Sequence record: PQ471516.1 | Strand: one strand, 5' to 3' | Length of the DNA: 64,000 nt | Shown here: piece by piece, positions 24,534 through 34,418 of the stretch | How positions within the stretch are numbered: the first letter of the stretch is position 1 | Layout: every line of letters starts with the position of its first letter | Program-made: the position numbers and the translations under genes | The notes under the pieces: generated by a model | The model's input: the letters and a program-made list of their open reading frames with translations, nothing else | The model's database searches: none | Told to the model about the DNA's origin: nothing

Positions 24534-24724
24534 GTACTGAACTTTATGAAAAAAAGTACTGTACAAGTTGTCTAACAGAGTATACAATACAAGGTATGGT
24601 GATTTGCACAAAGTGTCAGTCATCAAAATCATCAACGTTTTTAGTCGATGACCGATTTAGTGATTTGAAACAGTTCAAAGCAAATCGTGTTCTTCGTGAA
24701 TTTAGCAAACTAAATAAGGAATAA
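24530..24724 (+). CDS. small zinc-ribbon protein
   Basis: CTSC...CTKC. Confidence 0.6.
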   Translation: MSTELYEKKYCTSCLTEYTIQGMVICTKCQSSKSSTFLVDDRFSDLKQFKANRVLREFSKLNKE

Positions 24725-24727
24725 TCA

Positions 24728-25156
24728 ATGAATATCGAACAAGTAATCCGCTCTAACGCTTTCTTCTCTGCTGAATCTGGTCGTGTTATCGAAGATATCA
24801 AAATCGAAGAACTGATGATCAACGTTAAGTACAAAGAACAGAACGAAGAAATGTCCAGCAGCATCTGTGCTCTACGTGCTCCATTCCGTAGTGAAAAAGC
24901 TAAGAAGCCAGCATATGTTCTAGCGATTGCTCTTGGTTGTGTAGTGAAGAAAGCTATTGACTCCAACCAACTAAATATCAAAGTTGCTCCAATGAACGAT
25001 GAAGAGAACATCAACCTGGACTTCGACGGTCAACTGTCTGAAGAAGAATTCTTCCAGCTTTCTCTGATTCATGACTTCCGTAGCATCAACTTTGACCACA
25101 TTCACTTCATCGACGAAATGGTTGAATTGGTTTCTCAGTACGAAGCTGAACTGTAA
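24728..25156 (+). CDS. EExFFQxS-motif family protein
   Basis: LSEEEFFQLSLIHDF. Confidence 0.8.
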   Translation: MNIEQVIRSNAFFSAESGRVIEDIKIEELMINVKYKEQNEEMSSSICALRAPFRSEKAKKPAYVLAIALGCVVKKAIDSNQLNIKVAPMNDEENINLDFDGQLSEEEFFQLSLIHDFRSINFDHIHFIDEMVELVSQYEAEL

Positions 25157-25169
25157 TAAGTAATAAAAC

Positions 25170-25193
25170 AAGCCTCCTTGAAAGGAGGCTTTT
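25170..25193 (+). terminator. rho-independent terminator
   Basis: AAGCCTCCT/AGGAGGCTT plus T. Confidence 0.75.
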
Positions 25194-25210
25194 GTCATAA
25201 GGATATGTAA

Positions 25211-25768
25211 ATGAAGTTAATAGAACAAATTCAAACCCTATCTAATCAGATTGCAGAGTTCTTGTCTGATAAAGAAGGATTTAAAGTAGAAATCACCCAT
25301 CACGGCGTAGGTATTGTCGTAACTTACCCAAGTGGTGATACAATGGATTATGATGTGTATGAGCTATTGTTATACACCCTAGCAGTACGTAAGCTCGGTA
25401 GTGATATCGAACTTAAAATCAACAAAGATGAAAATGGTAATGAAGTTTTTGCAGTAAACACTGATGCTAAACTTGACATTCCTGCTGGATTCACTAAAAT
25501 CAATGAATCATTTATTGGTTTTAAACATGATTCTATTCAGAGTGTTTTTATTGGTCGTCAGATTGCAAACACCCAATTCCCATATACTGTCATGACATTG
25601 TATAAAAATGGTAACTGGATGCGTCAGGATTTGGTAATGGCTGAAGTACTGTATGCACTAACCCATGACCTAAGCCTTGAACTCGTTGATAGTGCATTCT
25701 GCTTTAAACGTATTCGCAAACTATCTGCTGACATTCAAGCAGAACTAAAAGAACTAAATGATAAATAA
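25211..25768 (+). CDS. hypothetical protein
   Basis: ORF with SD. Confidence 0.75.
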   Translation: MKLIEQIQTLSNQIAEFLSDKEGFKVEITHHGVGIVVTYPSGDTMDYDVYELLLYTLAVRKLGSDIELKINKDENGNEVFAVNTDAKLDIPAGFTKINESFIGFKHDSIQSVFIGRQIANTQFPYTVMTLYKNGNWMRQDLVMAEVLYALTHDLSLELVDSAFCFKRIRKLSADIQAELKELNDK

Positions 25769-25884
25769 ATGTACCAGAAATGGTTAACATAATCATGTTA
25801 CTTTCCTCCCTTATACAATAATGATTTGTTATTCCGCATTTTATTTTTTCATTTCTCTTTTTTCGTACAAATTCTTTTTCGTAC

Positions 25885-25953
25885 TGCCCCTACTTAGGGG
25901 CATTTTTATTGCCTAAAATAAAGTTTTGACATTTGATGATTAGGTGATATAAT
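25885..25953 (+). promoter_or_regulatory. terminator plus sigma70 promoter
   Basis: TGCCCCTA/TAGGGGCA plus T; TTGACA (25926)-16 nt-TATAAT with extended -10 TG. Confidence 0.75.
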
Positions 25954-25980
25954 GTTCATATACATCTTAGAGGATACATT

Positions 25981-26409
25981 ATGATTATCGATTTGCATTC
26001 ATTTTTTAATAAATTCAACGAAGCGGATATCCCTACGTGGGACGTGAAAATCAACCACACTAATAAATCATTGTGGCTACATAAAGGTAATGAATCAATC
26101 CAGATGATGATTAATGATGATTATGATATCACCCGCTTCTACCACATGGAAGAAAACAAAACCTTCGTTAAGGTTGCTTTCGACATATCTGATGATAATC
26201 TGTTCATCAACGTTCTGTCAGAAGGTTCTCATGTCCTGGTTGATGCTAAAATCAAAGAGATTAGTACTATCAAAAGTGAGGAAGGATTGTTTCAACGTTC
26301 AGTTATTGAAGACCTGTACAATGTAGAATACTCTGATCTTGTGAAGCTGAAGACAATCGTAGATAGTCTTAAAGCAAAAGCAAAAGAACTCATCAAAGAG
26401 GTATACTAA
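25981..26409 (+). CDS. EExFFQxS-motif family protein
   Basis: KSEEGLFQRSVIEDL. Confidence 0.8.
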   Translation: MIIDLHSFFNKFNEADIPTWDVKINHTNKSLWLHKGNESIQMMINDDYDITRFYHMEENKTFVKVAFDISDDNLFINVLSEGSHVLVDAKIKEISTIKSEEGLFQRSVIEDLYNVEYSDLVKLKTIVDSLKAKAKELIKEVY

Positions 26410-26873
26410 TGAAAAGCATTATTCAAAACTGGAATCCAGACACAATCAGTACTGAAAGTAAATTGTCTTTTGCGTTCTCTATTATTAACATTGACGTTAT
26501 AGATTATCTATCTATTGATTCGATGGACGCAAAGGAATGCACACATCGTGTGTGGTATGATTATGACCAAGGTGTAGAACTGACACTTACGTATAACACA
26601 GAAGATTTGGTTCAAAGTGAACAATACAGTGTGTGCCTTGATGGTACTATTGGTATTCGAAAGCATTACTTAGATGATGGGAAAGTTATTTCCGAAACAA
26701 TCAATATCACAGATCATGGTTTTAATGAAGAATCTTTCTTCATGGAAAGTACTATGCAGAATTTTGGTACAATGACTTTTGAAGAGTATGTACATCTTAA
26801 AATTCTATATCGCAAAGTACTGGAAGTTGTTACCGAACTGGAAAAGGTGAACCAAAATGATCAACATTCATAA
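26409..26873 (+). CDS. EExFFQxS-motif family protein
   Basis: FNEESFFMESTMQNF. Confidence 0.8.
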   Translation: MKSIIQNWNPDTISTESKLSFAFSIINIDVIDYLSIDSMDAKECTHRVWYDYDQGVELTLTYNTEDLVQSEQYSVCLDGTIGIRKHYLDDGKVISETINITDHGFNEESFFMESTMQNFGTMTFEEYVHLKILYRKVLEVVTELEKVNQNDQHS

Positions 26874-27234
26874 AGAATTGGCATTATTAAAAAAAGATTT
26901 CGATGAAAATACATTAACACTATCATTAAATGCTGGTGTAATTAAAGTTGGTGTTTCCACGTCATACCTTGTTTACCGTAAGAACAGTAAAGAGGTCTTA
27001 TATCATAATGAATCTGGTATAATTTGGGTGTATGATATGGAAAAGAATGTCATCAATTACGTTACTGATTTTTATGCACATAAAACAGTTAATTTTGATG
27101 TTACTGAAGAGGAACTATTCCAGCAATCTCTGATAGAAGCTGATGTACTAATGCCAGAGGAAATTAAAATAATCACAGATGCGGTGCAGTATGTATTTGA
27201 TAGTGTTCAAGAACATGAAGGTACTGAAGGATAG
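26857..27234 (+). CDS. EExFFQxS-motif family protein
   Basis: VTEEELFQQSLIEAD. Confidence 0.8.
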   Translation: MINIHKELALLKKDFDENTLTLSLNAGVIKVGVSTSYLVYRKNSKEVLYHNESGIIWVYDMEKNVINYVTDFYAHKTVNFDVTEEELFQQSLIEADVLMPEEIKIITDAVQYVFDSVQEHEGTEG

Positions 27235-27237
27235 TCC

Positions 27238-27693
27238 ATGAATAAATTACAGGTTTTTGAATATCTAACACGTACATCAATGATGGATTTACCAGAAGTA
27301 ACATGTAAGAACCCAAAAGAATTAATCCGAATCTATCATATTGTTGAGGATTTACAATACAGAATCAATACTGAATATGATTATGTTACCGTGTCTGTAC
27401 AAAACTTAAACTGGAGTGGTTCAGCAGCGGAAATGTTCAACATTTCATACGATACAGCTAATGATTGTTTAAGGGTATTCATTCGAGAAAGTTCTTATTC
27501 CCATATGGATTTTACTGAAGTTCGTGAGGTTAGTAATTGCCTAACTGAAGAAGGGTTTTTCCAAGAATCATTGGTACAGAATTTAGTGTTCACTCAAGAT
27601 GAATTAAAATCTGTTATTGATATTTTGGAGTATATACAGCTAAAAGCCAGAGCGAAATACAAAATAACAGAACAGATTCCGAGAGGTATATAA
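27238..27693 (+). CDS. EExFFQxS-motif family protein
   Basis: LTEEGFFQESLVQNL. Confidence 0.8.
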   Translation: MNKLQVFEYLTRTSMMDLPEVTCKNPKELIRIYHIVEDLQYRINTEYDYVTVSVQNLNWSGSAAEMFNISYDTANDCLRVFIRESSYSHMDFTEVREVSNCLTEEGFFQESLVQNLVFTQDELKSVIDILEYIQLKARAKYKITEQIPRGI

Positions 27694-28140
27694 ATGTTTT
27701 TTAATCCAGTACCTTTTTTTAATTTGTTAAGTGTAACATCAATCCCCGATTTAAAGATTGGTGAAGATTATTCTAATAATTACATACTTGCCCTGGAAAT
27801 TGAATCGGATGATTTCAACTGCTATGTAACATACGATGCAAATGAACATTCTGTAGCTGAACTGGTATTTGTATACATATATAACGTTTATTGTGGTGAT
27901 GGTACAGGGGTTAAATCAGTTGAGGTTGAAACATTTGGCATCAAAGGTTCATTGGTATTGAATGAAAACAACGTAGAATTCAACCTAGATGATTACAGTA
28001 CTGAAGAAGCATTGTTTCAACTTAGTACTATTCAAGATTGCTGCTTAACTTTGAAAGATATAAAAGAATTCAAAGAACAGGTTGACAGTGTGTATGAGAT
28101 GTTATACAATGCTTATCCTGAATTTGAGATTAGAAGATAA
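27694..28140 (+). CDS. EExFFQxS-motif family protein
   Basis: STEEALFQLSTIQDC. Confidence 0.8.
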   Translation: MFFNPVPFFNLLSVTSIPDLKIGEDYSNNYILALEIESDDFNCYVTYDANEHSVAELVFVYIYNVYCGDGTGVKSVEVETFGIKGSLVLNENNVEFNLDDYSTEEALFQLSTIQDCCLTLKDIKEFKEQVDSVYEMLYNAYPEFEIRR

Positions 28141-28149
28141 GGTATAAAA

Positions 28150-28410
28150 ATGACTAAAGTAGTTCGCAAACGCCACATGATGAACATGGATGAATTTCGT
28201 ACTTTTGACAAATATCGTACAATGTTCCGTATGCTGTCTAAGGGACACCCTATTGTTATTGTAACTGAAAGTTACATGTCACCAGAGATGATGTTTGGGA
28301 ACTATGAAAAGGTCTTTATGCTTTATGTGAAACGTGAACTGCTAACTATTAAAACATTAGCAGAAGCCACTGATGAAGATATGGATGGTGATAATACATT
28401 CACCATGTGA
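28150..28410 (+). CDS. hypothetical protein
   Basis: ORF with SD. Confidence 0.7.
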   Translation: MTKVVRKRHMMNMDEFRTFDKYRTMFRMLSKGHPIVIVTESYMSPEMMFGNYEKVFMLYVKRELLTIKTLAEATDEDMDGDNTFTM

Positions 28411-28417
28411 GGATGTT

Positions 28418-28495
28418 ATGCAAGATAAACCGAAAGAACCACTTGACCGTGACGATGATTTCTATGATGAACGATACGGAGAGAAAGATGAATGA
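28418..28495 (+). CDS. 25-aa acidic microprotein (not in ORF track)
   Basis: MQDKPKEPLDRDDDFYDERYGEKDE; GAGGA SD. Confidence 0.5.
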   Translation: MQDKPKEPLDRDDDFYDERYGEKDE

Positions 28496-28745
28496 ACATA
28501 ATGCAGTACTGAAAAAGATTATGTCAGAACTTGGCAGTGAGCTTGCTGTAACCGAAGAAGAATACCAATCATGGAAGAACGATTTCGAACAACTTCCTGA
28601 ACATGATAAAGTGTTTAATCTTCTTGGTGTAATCAGCCAGTACTTGCTAAGTGCAGGTGAAAGTAAAGCAGCATCTTCAATCCTTGCATCTGCAATCATT
28701 TGTACTTCACGTTGGTGTGACGAAAAATCTCTGGATGATTTCTAA
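28488..28745 (+). CDS. hypothetical protein
   Basis: Start moved to ATG 28488 (GGAGAG SD). Confidence 0.65.
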   Translation: MNEHNAVLKKIMSELGSELAVTEEEYQSWKNDFEQLPEHDKVFNLLGVISQYLLSAGESKAASSILASAIICTSRWCDEKSLDDF

Positions 28746-28795
28746 ATACTGTGCTATAATGAATTTATAGTACAACAATATAAAAAGGATTTTAT

Positions 28796-29656
28796 ATGAA
28801 ACCAATCAGAGTACTGTCACTTTTTAATGGAATGAGTGTGGGATACATGGCACTACAAGATGCTGGTATCCCAGTTGAAACGTATTACTCTTCCGAAATT
28901 GATAAGTATGCTATTGCCGAATCCCAAGAGAATTTCCCTGATATTATCCAACTAGGTGACGTTACCAAGTGGAAGGATTGGGATATTGAATGGGATAAGA
29001 TTGACCTCCTTATGGGAGGGTTTCCATGTCAAGCATGGAGCGTAGCAGGTAAACAAGGCGGTTTAAATGACATTCGTGGACAACTGTTCCTTGTTATGGT
29101 TGATATTTTCGAACACATTAAAAGTCTAAATCCAGACTTGAAAGTACTGTTCGAGAATGTTAAAATGAAAGACGATTTCAAGCAATACATCAACAGTATT
29201 CTTGATATGACACCAGTACTGATAAATTCCCATAATTACACGCCTCACTTCAGGCAACGTTATTATTGGTACAGTTCTGATAAATTACTAACTCCACCTG
29301 CATTAATGAATGCACCTGTGCTTCAGGACATTCTGGATGATGGTTGGTATACTGACCGTACCGCTTCGTACTGTATAGATGCCAACTACTTCAAGGGTGG
29401 TGATTGTAATCAATACTTCAATAAGTCCAGGCGTCAATTGGTGTTCAAGAACCCTGATATCAATCGTCAGTACTTACTTGAGAATGGTAAAAGAAACATT
29501 GACTACCGTCACTTAAGTGTAGTAGAATGTTGTAAATTGCAAGGCGTACCAACTGATTATTTCAAGTTATCTAGTAATACACAGGCATATAAAATGCTAG
29601 GAAACGGTTGGACAATGCCAGTCATTTCACATTTGCTTAAAGAGATATTCTTTTAA
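28796..29656 (+). CDS. C5-cytosine DNA methyltransferase
   Basis: VLSLFNG (I), GGFPCQ (IV), ENV (VI), RQRYYW (VIII), KMLGNGW (X). Confidence 0.92.
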   Translation: MKPIRVLSLFNGMSVGYMALQDAGIPVETYYSSEIDKYAIAESQENFPDIIQLGDVTKWKDWDIEWDKIDLLMGGFPCQAWSVAGKQGGLNDIRGQLFLVMVDIFEHIKSLNPDLKVLFENVKMKDDFKQYINSILDMTPVLINSHNYTPHFRQRYYWYSSDKLLTPPALMNAPVLQDILDDGWYTDRTASYCIDANYFKGGDCNQYFNKSRRQLVFKNPDINRQYLLENGKRNIDYRHLSVVECCKLQGVPTDYFKLSSNTQAYKMLGNGWTMPVISHLLKEIFF

Positions 29657-29657
29657 T

Positions 29658-30137
29658 ATGAACTATTTCCAAGACCGTAATAAAATACAAATTGCTCGTA
29701 ATCACAGAGCGAAGAAGGAGACTTTACGTTTCAATACACATTACCCTTTCGTCGGTGACACAGTACTGTATGAATGTTATACAAAAAAGAAAGTATTTGT
29801 TGGCTCTGGTATTGGTACGGTCTTGGATATTAAACAATATTATTCGGATAAGATGCGTGTCAAATACACCGTACAGGATAATACAACAAACGAAGTATAC
29901 GAGGTTATGTACAACGTTCATGTTTATCCATTGGATACGGTTGTTCTACTTACAAGAAGAGAAAAAACTATGTTTTACAGTGGCTATGATAAACTAACTA
30001 ATCAAATAGTTCCTAATACTTTAGGAAAATTTAAAACTGACACAGAACAAGCACTTGTTAGTAAACTGGGTGTGGACTGGAAAAAAGAAAATTCTTTTAT
30101 TGAAATTCGTCTAGTTGAAGTTACACTAAAAGACTGA
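29658..30137 (+). CDS. hypothetical protein
   Basis: ORF following the MTase. Confidence 0.7.
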   Translation: MNYFQDRNKIQIARNHRAKKETLRFNTHYPFVGDTVLYECYTKKKVFVGSGIGTVLDIKQYYSDKMRVKYTVQDNTTNEVYEVMYNVHVYPLDTVVLLTRREKTMFYSGYDKLTNQIVPNTLGKFKTDTEQALVSKLGVDWKKENSFIEIRLVEVTLKD

Positions 30138-30199
30138 TATAATACTATCCACGTATACAATGCGTGGATTTTTTATACCCCCAAAAAAGGTCAAATTAA

Positions 30200-30652
30200 A
30201 TGAAAATTGATGAGTTGGTACATTTGCTTCCAAATGTTTACAAAAATGTTTTATTCACTAAAGAACTACATAAGCAAGGTTTCTCTGTTCGCCCAGCATT
30301 ACTTGCATCATCGTATCAATATGTAACAACATATGGAACGAAAGAATTAATTTCATATGACTATGAATCAGACCCAGACTGTTATACATTATCTATTAGT
30401 ATATACAGTGATGAGGAAGAACCTGGTCATGATATTAAAAATATTTCATATGATACAGATGGTCAGTTCAGTATTGAGTACTGTGATGATAGTATAGAAG
30501 AATTCTATTTAGAAGATGTAAATCGTTTGTGTGATGATGATTTTGTGTTCCAACAGTCAACACTAACACCATTGGGTAATACAAATGGTAAATCATGGGA
30601 AACGTGTTTATATTATATGCAAGCAATTTGCACAGCTTTTAAGGGGATTTAA
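30200..30652 (+). CDS. EExFFQxS-motif family protein
   Basis: CDDDFVFQQSTLTPL. Confidence 0.7.
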   Translation: MKIDELVHLLPNVYKNVLFTKELHKQGFSVRPALLASSYQYVTTYGTKELISYDYESDPDCYTLSISIYSDEEEPGHDIKNISYDTDGQFSIEYCDDSIEEFYLEDVNRLCDDDFVFQQSTLTPLGNTNGKSWETCLYYMQAICTAFKGI

Positions 30653-31054
30653 ATGAGTAAGTATACAATAAAAGTAATCTATGAGACGGGTGATACCAGC
30701 AGCAGTAGCATTATCGAAGAAAACATTGACTTACAATGGGAAACCATTGAAGGTGCACGTAATGCATTGCAGGTTCTTAAAGAACACTGGGAATACACTA
30801 TTAGACGAGATAAGTGCCGTACTCGTGATGAAGTCACTGGCCTTGATAGTGAGATGCATACCAAGACTTGGTACTCACCAAGTGGAGGTGAATATCTTTT
30901 TCGAGTGGATGTGAATGGTACAATGTGTGCATGTCATGCACCCTGGGTTGGGTACTTTGAAGTATTGAATAGTGCCGAAGTGGTTCCGGTCGTTGAAGAA
31001 GTAGAGAATCCCGATAAGATCAATTTTGATGCTCTGCGTTGGAATATAAAATGA
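30653..31054 (+). CDS. hypothetical protein
   Basis: ORF with SD. Confidence 0.7.
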   Translation: MSKYTIKVIYETGDTSSSSIIEENIDLQWETIEGARNALQVLKEHWEYTIRRDKCRTRDEVTGLDSEMHTKTWYSPSGGEYLFRVDVNGTMCACHAPWVGYFEVLNSAEVVPVVEEVENPDKINFDALRWNIK

Positions 31055-31479
31055 CAGTACTGAAAAATCTTGCTAAAATAAAGCACCCTGTTGTCTATGG
31101 ATTGTGGAAAAAAGTAGCAACTGATGTTCCAGACAAAACTTGGCGTGGATTAAGTCGTGTTTTAAGTAATGTTAATGACATGACATATTCAACAAAAGAT
31201 GAACTAGTCATTGACATGCGTTTCCACCCAAAACCCAAACTGAGAATCAAGTACATAATCAAGATTCGTGCAACTTCGTTTGACATTAGTATTGAAAAGT
31301 ATTATGATGGCAATTGGTGGGATGACCCAGTTACAGTAATGTCTATGCTTGAAATGAAGTATGAAAATTTCGAAGAAATGATCTTTCAGCACTTGACAAC
31401 CCAACAATATATGGGTATGATAGGTACTCAAGAGTTAGAGATGATTAACGAAATTCGTGACATTTACTTCAAGGAGTAA
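31051..31479 (+). CDS. EExFFQxS-motif family protein
   Basis: NFEEMIFQHLTTQQY; ATGA-coupled start. Confidence 0.7.
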   Translation: MTVLKNLAKIKHPVVYGLWKKVATDVPDKTWRGLSRVLSNVNDMTYSTKDELVIDMRFHPKPKLRIKYIIKIRATSFDISIEKYYDGNWWDDPVTVMSMLEMKYENFEEMIFQHLTTQQYMGMIGTQELEMINEIRDIYFKE

Positions 31480-31481
31480 TA

Positions 31482-31625
31482 ATGCCAATACGTAACAGTA
31501 CTTCACGATTTACACTACAACAGAAAGCAGATCTTCTGAATATGGTAAACAAAGACTCCGACTATCATTATCTGGTAATTGGTGGACGTGTTGAGAAGAT
31601 CAATCTTAAAGAATGTTTAAAGTAA
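31482..31625 (+). CDS. 47-aa microprotein (not in ORF track)
   Basis: MPIRNSTSRFTLQQK...; AGGAG SD. Confidence 0.7.
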   Translation: MPIRNSTSRFTLQQKADLLNMVNKDSDYHYLVIGGRVEKINLKECLK

Positions 31626-31635
31626 GGGGTTAACA

Positions 31636-31809
31636 ATGAGCTTGTCTGAATCATGGAATCAATTTAAAGAAGAAATCGGTTATTCACCAGTTAAGATTGA
31701 AGAAATCAATCGTACTGAAAGTATCAAAGCAAGTACTAATGGTACTACGTATGACCGTTATGACCCAAAATATGGTCTTCATGAAGAAATCACCAAGGAC
31801 AAAAACTAA
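31636..31809 (+). CDS. 57-aa microprotein (not in ORF track)
   Basis: MSLSESWNQF...KASTNGTTY; GGGG SD. Confidence 0.7.
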   Translation: MSLSESWNQFKEEIGYSPVKIEEINRTESIKASTNGTTYDRYDPKYGLHEEITKDKN

Positions 31810-31952
31810 TGGTTTACACTAACATCTTTAGTGGTTTAAAACGTAAATTCGAAAATGGTGTTGGTTATGCTTCAAGTGATGGTGGTGTAACCTGGGTTAA
31901 GAACAATACACCTGAAGGTCTGATTAAGAATCTTCCTTACTATAAAGCTTGA
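31809..31952 (+). CDS. 47-aa microprotein with Asp-box motif (not in ORF track)
   Basis: SSDGGVTW; TAATG coupling. Confidence 0.7.
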   Translation: MVYTNIFSGLKRKFENGVGYASSDGGVTWVKNNTPEGLIKNLPYYKA

Positions 31953-31983
31953 CATGTAAATCGGGAGTCCGTATAATACTCCC
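31949..31983 (+). promoter_or_regulatory. sigma70 promoter with -10 in a hairpin loop
   Basis: TTGACA-17 nt-TATAAT; GGGAGT/ACTCCC. Confidence 0.8.
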
Positions 31984-32009
31984 ATATTAATCCAAATGAG
32001 GTATATAGA

Positions 32010-32567
32010 ATGGCTGGTATCGATAAAATTTGTGAATTCAGTGGTGATTATGAACCAATGGAAATGTACGAAGCAAAGCGTAACCATATTCAAGTACTGT
32101 CAAAGTACCGCAAAGAATTTCGTGGAGCAGAAGCTACTCTGTACATTTTTGAAGGTGATTTACATGAGGTAAGTTCGGGCGGTTCATATTGGAAAGCTGA
32201 ACTGGATTCTATCGTTTCGCAACCAACCGAAGCGGATTGGGATAGTGGCAACGGATACCGTTATGGTCTTTATGAATATGGTCGCCGTAACATTTATCAG
32301 GTATTCTTCGATAACTTAGCTGGATATAAGAAATTTGCTAAAAAACAACGCAATTTGCGTGTTATTCCAGAATACACATATGTTCTATCCGTTCCGTCAG
32401 TCCCTGGTAAAGTGGGTGGTATTTATATTAACAATACCTTTGCAATTAGCGATGTTAAACGCCGAATGAAACGCTTAATCGGCAAAAAATTGAAGATTAA
32501 AAAAGTACAAGGTGATGCATACGATTATGCACGTAACTATCTCCAACATGTTATGGTAACAGAATGA
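32010..32567 (+). CDS. hypothetical protein
   Basis: ORF with GAGG SD. Confidence 0.8.
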   Translation: MAGIDKICEFSGDYEPMEMYEAKRNHIQVLSKYRKEFRGAEATLYIFEGDLHEVSSGGSYWKAELDSIVSQPTEADWDSGNGYRYGLYEYGRRNIYQVFFDNLAGYKKFAKKQRNLRVIPEYTYVLSVPSVPGKVGGIYINNTFAISDVKRRMKRLIGKKLKIKKVQGDAYDYARNYLQHVMVTE

Positions 32568-32758
32568 ATACACTAATCTTTATTAAAGATGTAGTACTTG
32601 CATTTTTGTTAGCAATCGGTCTAGTTTTGATTGGTCTTATTCCACTGATTGTATATCTATTGATGGGTGGTACAGATCCAGTAATTGATTACGGTATGCG
32701 AATTTTAGGATTTCTTATCTGTGTTTTATTGGTTAGTTACGTGTGTAACAGGAAATAA
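32564..32758 (+). CDS. two-TM membrane protein
   Basis: Hydrophobic helices. Confidence 0.7.
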   Translation: MNTLIFIKDVVLAFLLAIGLVLIGLIPLIVYLLMGGTDPVIDYGMRILGFLICVLLVSYVCNRK

Positions 32759-32759
32759 T

Positions 32760-33566
32760 ATGGATATAGAAGAACTAGTTCTCAGTGAGTTCCGAAAATA
32801 CATTGCATCTTGTGACCGAAGTGTGATTCGTTCATTCAACGAATACTTATTAAAATACAATGTATTAATGTTTGTTCCTATGTTTTTAGATGACAAAAGT
32901 ACAGAGGAAGATGTTCCAAAGACTTTGTATATAGCCTTCTGTCATCGTAAATTGAATATGGATGAGTACGAGCACGCCGACATATGGACGGAAACAGATG
33001 CGAACGAAACGAATACATTTTATTTGTATTCACCTTTAGCGAATATTGTATACACTACTGAAACAAAGGCACTCTTTATCGAATCATCTAAGATAGAACC
33101 CGTTTATCTTGAGCCAGTACCATTCAGTACTGTTGATAAGTTTCCTAAAGTGGGTGAATCACCAGACGGCTTAATGGAGTATCTAGTACTGGATTATATG
33201 GAGTGCGATAGTATAACTTCAGAAGTAGAGGGACTAATTACATCTGCCATTAATGTATTAATGACTAAATCATTAGAAGTGTATGATATATATCAAGATA
33301 TTCATGTAACATCAAAATGTATACCTACAGGTGAATGTACATCAGTGATTAAGTTCAATGCAGAGATCTTAGGATTCGTTCGATGTAAAGGTTATGATTT
33401 GTACAATCGTGAAATCTATGTCTTTGATAAGACTAAATGGAATGATTTGATGCAATTAATTGTAGACAACAGTGGTGTACGTGATATAATTCATTCATCA
33501 GTTAATGTAATAGATGTTACTAAAGACTGTGATGTATATTTCAAAATCCCACTTTCAAAGAAATAG
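32760..33566 (+). CDS. hypothetical protein
   Basis: Start moved to ATG 32760. Confidence 0.7.
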   Translation: MDIEELVLSEFRKYIASCDRSVIRSFNEYLLKYNVLMFVPMFLDDKSTEEDVPKTLYIAFCHRKLNMDEYEHADIWTETDANETNTFYLYSPLANIVYTTETKALFIESSKIEPVYLEPVPFSTVDKFPKVGESPDGLMEYLVLDYMECDSITSEVEGLITSAINVLMTKSLEVYDIYQDIHVTSKCIPTGECTSVIKFNAEILGFVRCKGYDLYNREIYVFDKTKWNDLMQLIVDNSGVRDIIHSSVNVIDVTKDCDVYFKIPLSKK

Positions 33567-33574
33567 GCAAACAT

Positions 33575-33847
33575 ATGAAGATTCTTGAAGTTTTACATAC
33601 TTACATGGCACAGAGTACTCTTTACATTGGTAATGAGTTCAGTCCAGATCCACTTGACATGTTAGAACGTGTCAAAGCAATTTACCCTAAAATTGCGTTG
33701 AAAGAAGCATTCGAGCGTGAGATTGTACTGGAAACTGACAATAAGGCACTTGATGACCAAGTTCAACAAGATGTGATTAATCTCTTGACAAAGAACGGAT
33801 ATGTAGAGTATAATCCTTGTACTGTAATCATTGACTGTGAGTTATAA
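33575..33847 (+). CDS. hypothetical protein
   Basis: ORF with SD. Confidence 0.7.
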   Translation: MKILEVLHTYMAQSTLYIGNEFSPDPLDMLERVKAIYPKIALKEAFEREIVLETDNKALDDQVQQDVINLLTKNGYVEYNPCTVIIDCEL

Positions 33848-33848
33848 T

Positions 33849-34115
33849 ATGAGCACTAAAGCTGAAATGAAAGAACGTTTGGTTCAACTAAAAGAAGAAC
33901 GTCGCATTGTACGTCTGGATTGGGATATTCTCAATGCTAAAGATGATCAGTCCTATGCAACATGGAGCAATGAGAAGGTTCGTAACGAGCGTTCTAAAGA
34001 AGATAACAAACAGTTCATGGCATTGTCCAAACGTCTATCTTCATTGAACAGTGAGATTCGTGGCCTTCAGCGTAACATCATTGATATTCTTCTAGATGAA
34101 ATGAGGGATCTCTAA
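33849..34115 (+). CDS. coiled-coil hypothetical protein
   Basis: Start moved to ATG 33849. Confidence 0.7.
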   Translation: MSTKAEMKERLVQLKEERRIVRLDWDILNAKDDQSYATWSNEKVRNERSKEDNKQFMALSKRLSSLNSEIRGLQRNIIDILLDEMRDL

Positions 34116-34411
34116 TGAATAAACATGAAGTATTAGTACTGGATGGGACATTCTTTGTCCCTACCGAAAATGCACTGAACTGTTATGACCTAATCAATAA
34201 AATGATGGCAGCAACTAAAACGTGTTGCCGTCAGACACCAGGTGAATACGAGTTCAGTCAGATGAATGGTTTTATTCGTTACCAAGAAAAAGAACATTTT
34301 GAAATTGATAAGCAAAAAGTTATTGACATTCTGAAAAAGAACGGATATAATGAATGTATAAATAACGATACGGATTTACCAGTTGTTCGAGTTCTTTTGA
34401 AAAATACATAA
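34115..34411 (+). CDS. hypothetical protein
   Basis: Coupled ORF; VIDILKKNGY resembles 33575..33847. Confidence 0.7.
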   Translation: MNKHEVLVLDGTFFVPTENALNCYDLINKMMAATKTCCRQTPGEYEFSQMNGFIRYQEKEHFEIDKQKVIDILKKNGYNECINNDTDLPVVRVLLKNT

Positions 34412-34418
34412 AAAACTC

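Noticed and set aside
25840-25884. Pyrimidine-rich tract with TTTTTCGTAC twice
   Set aside because: Low complexity, only two copies, no further support
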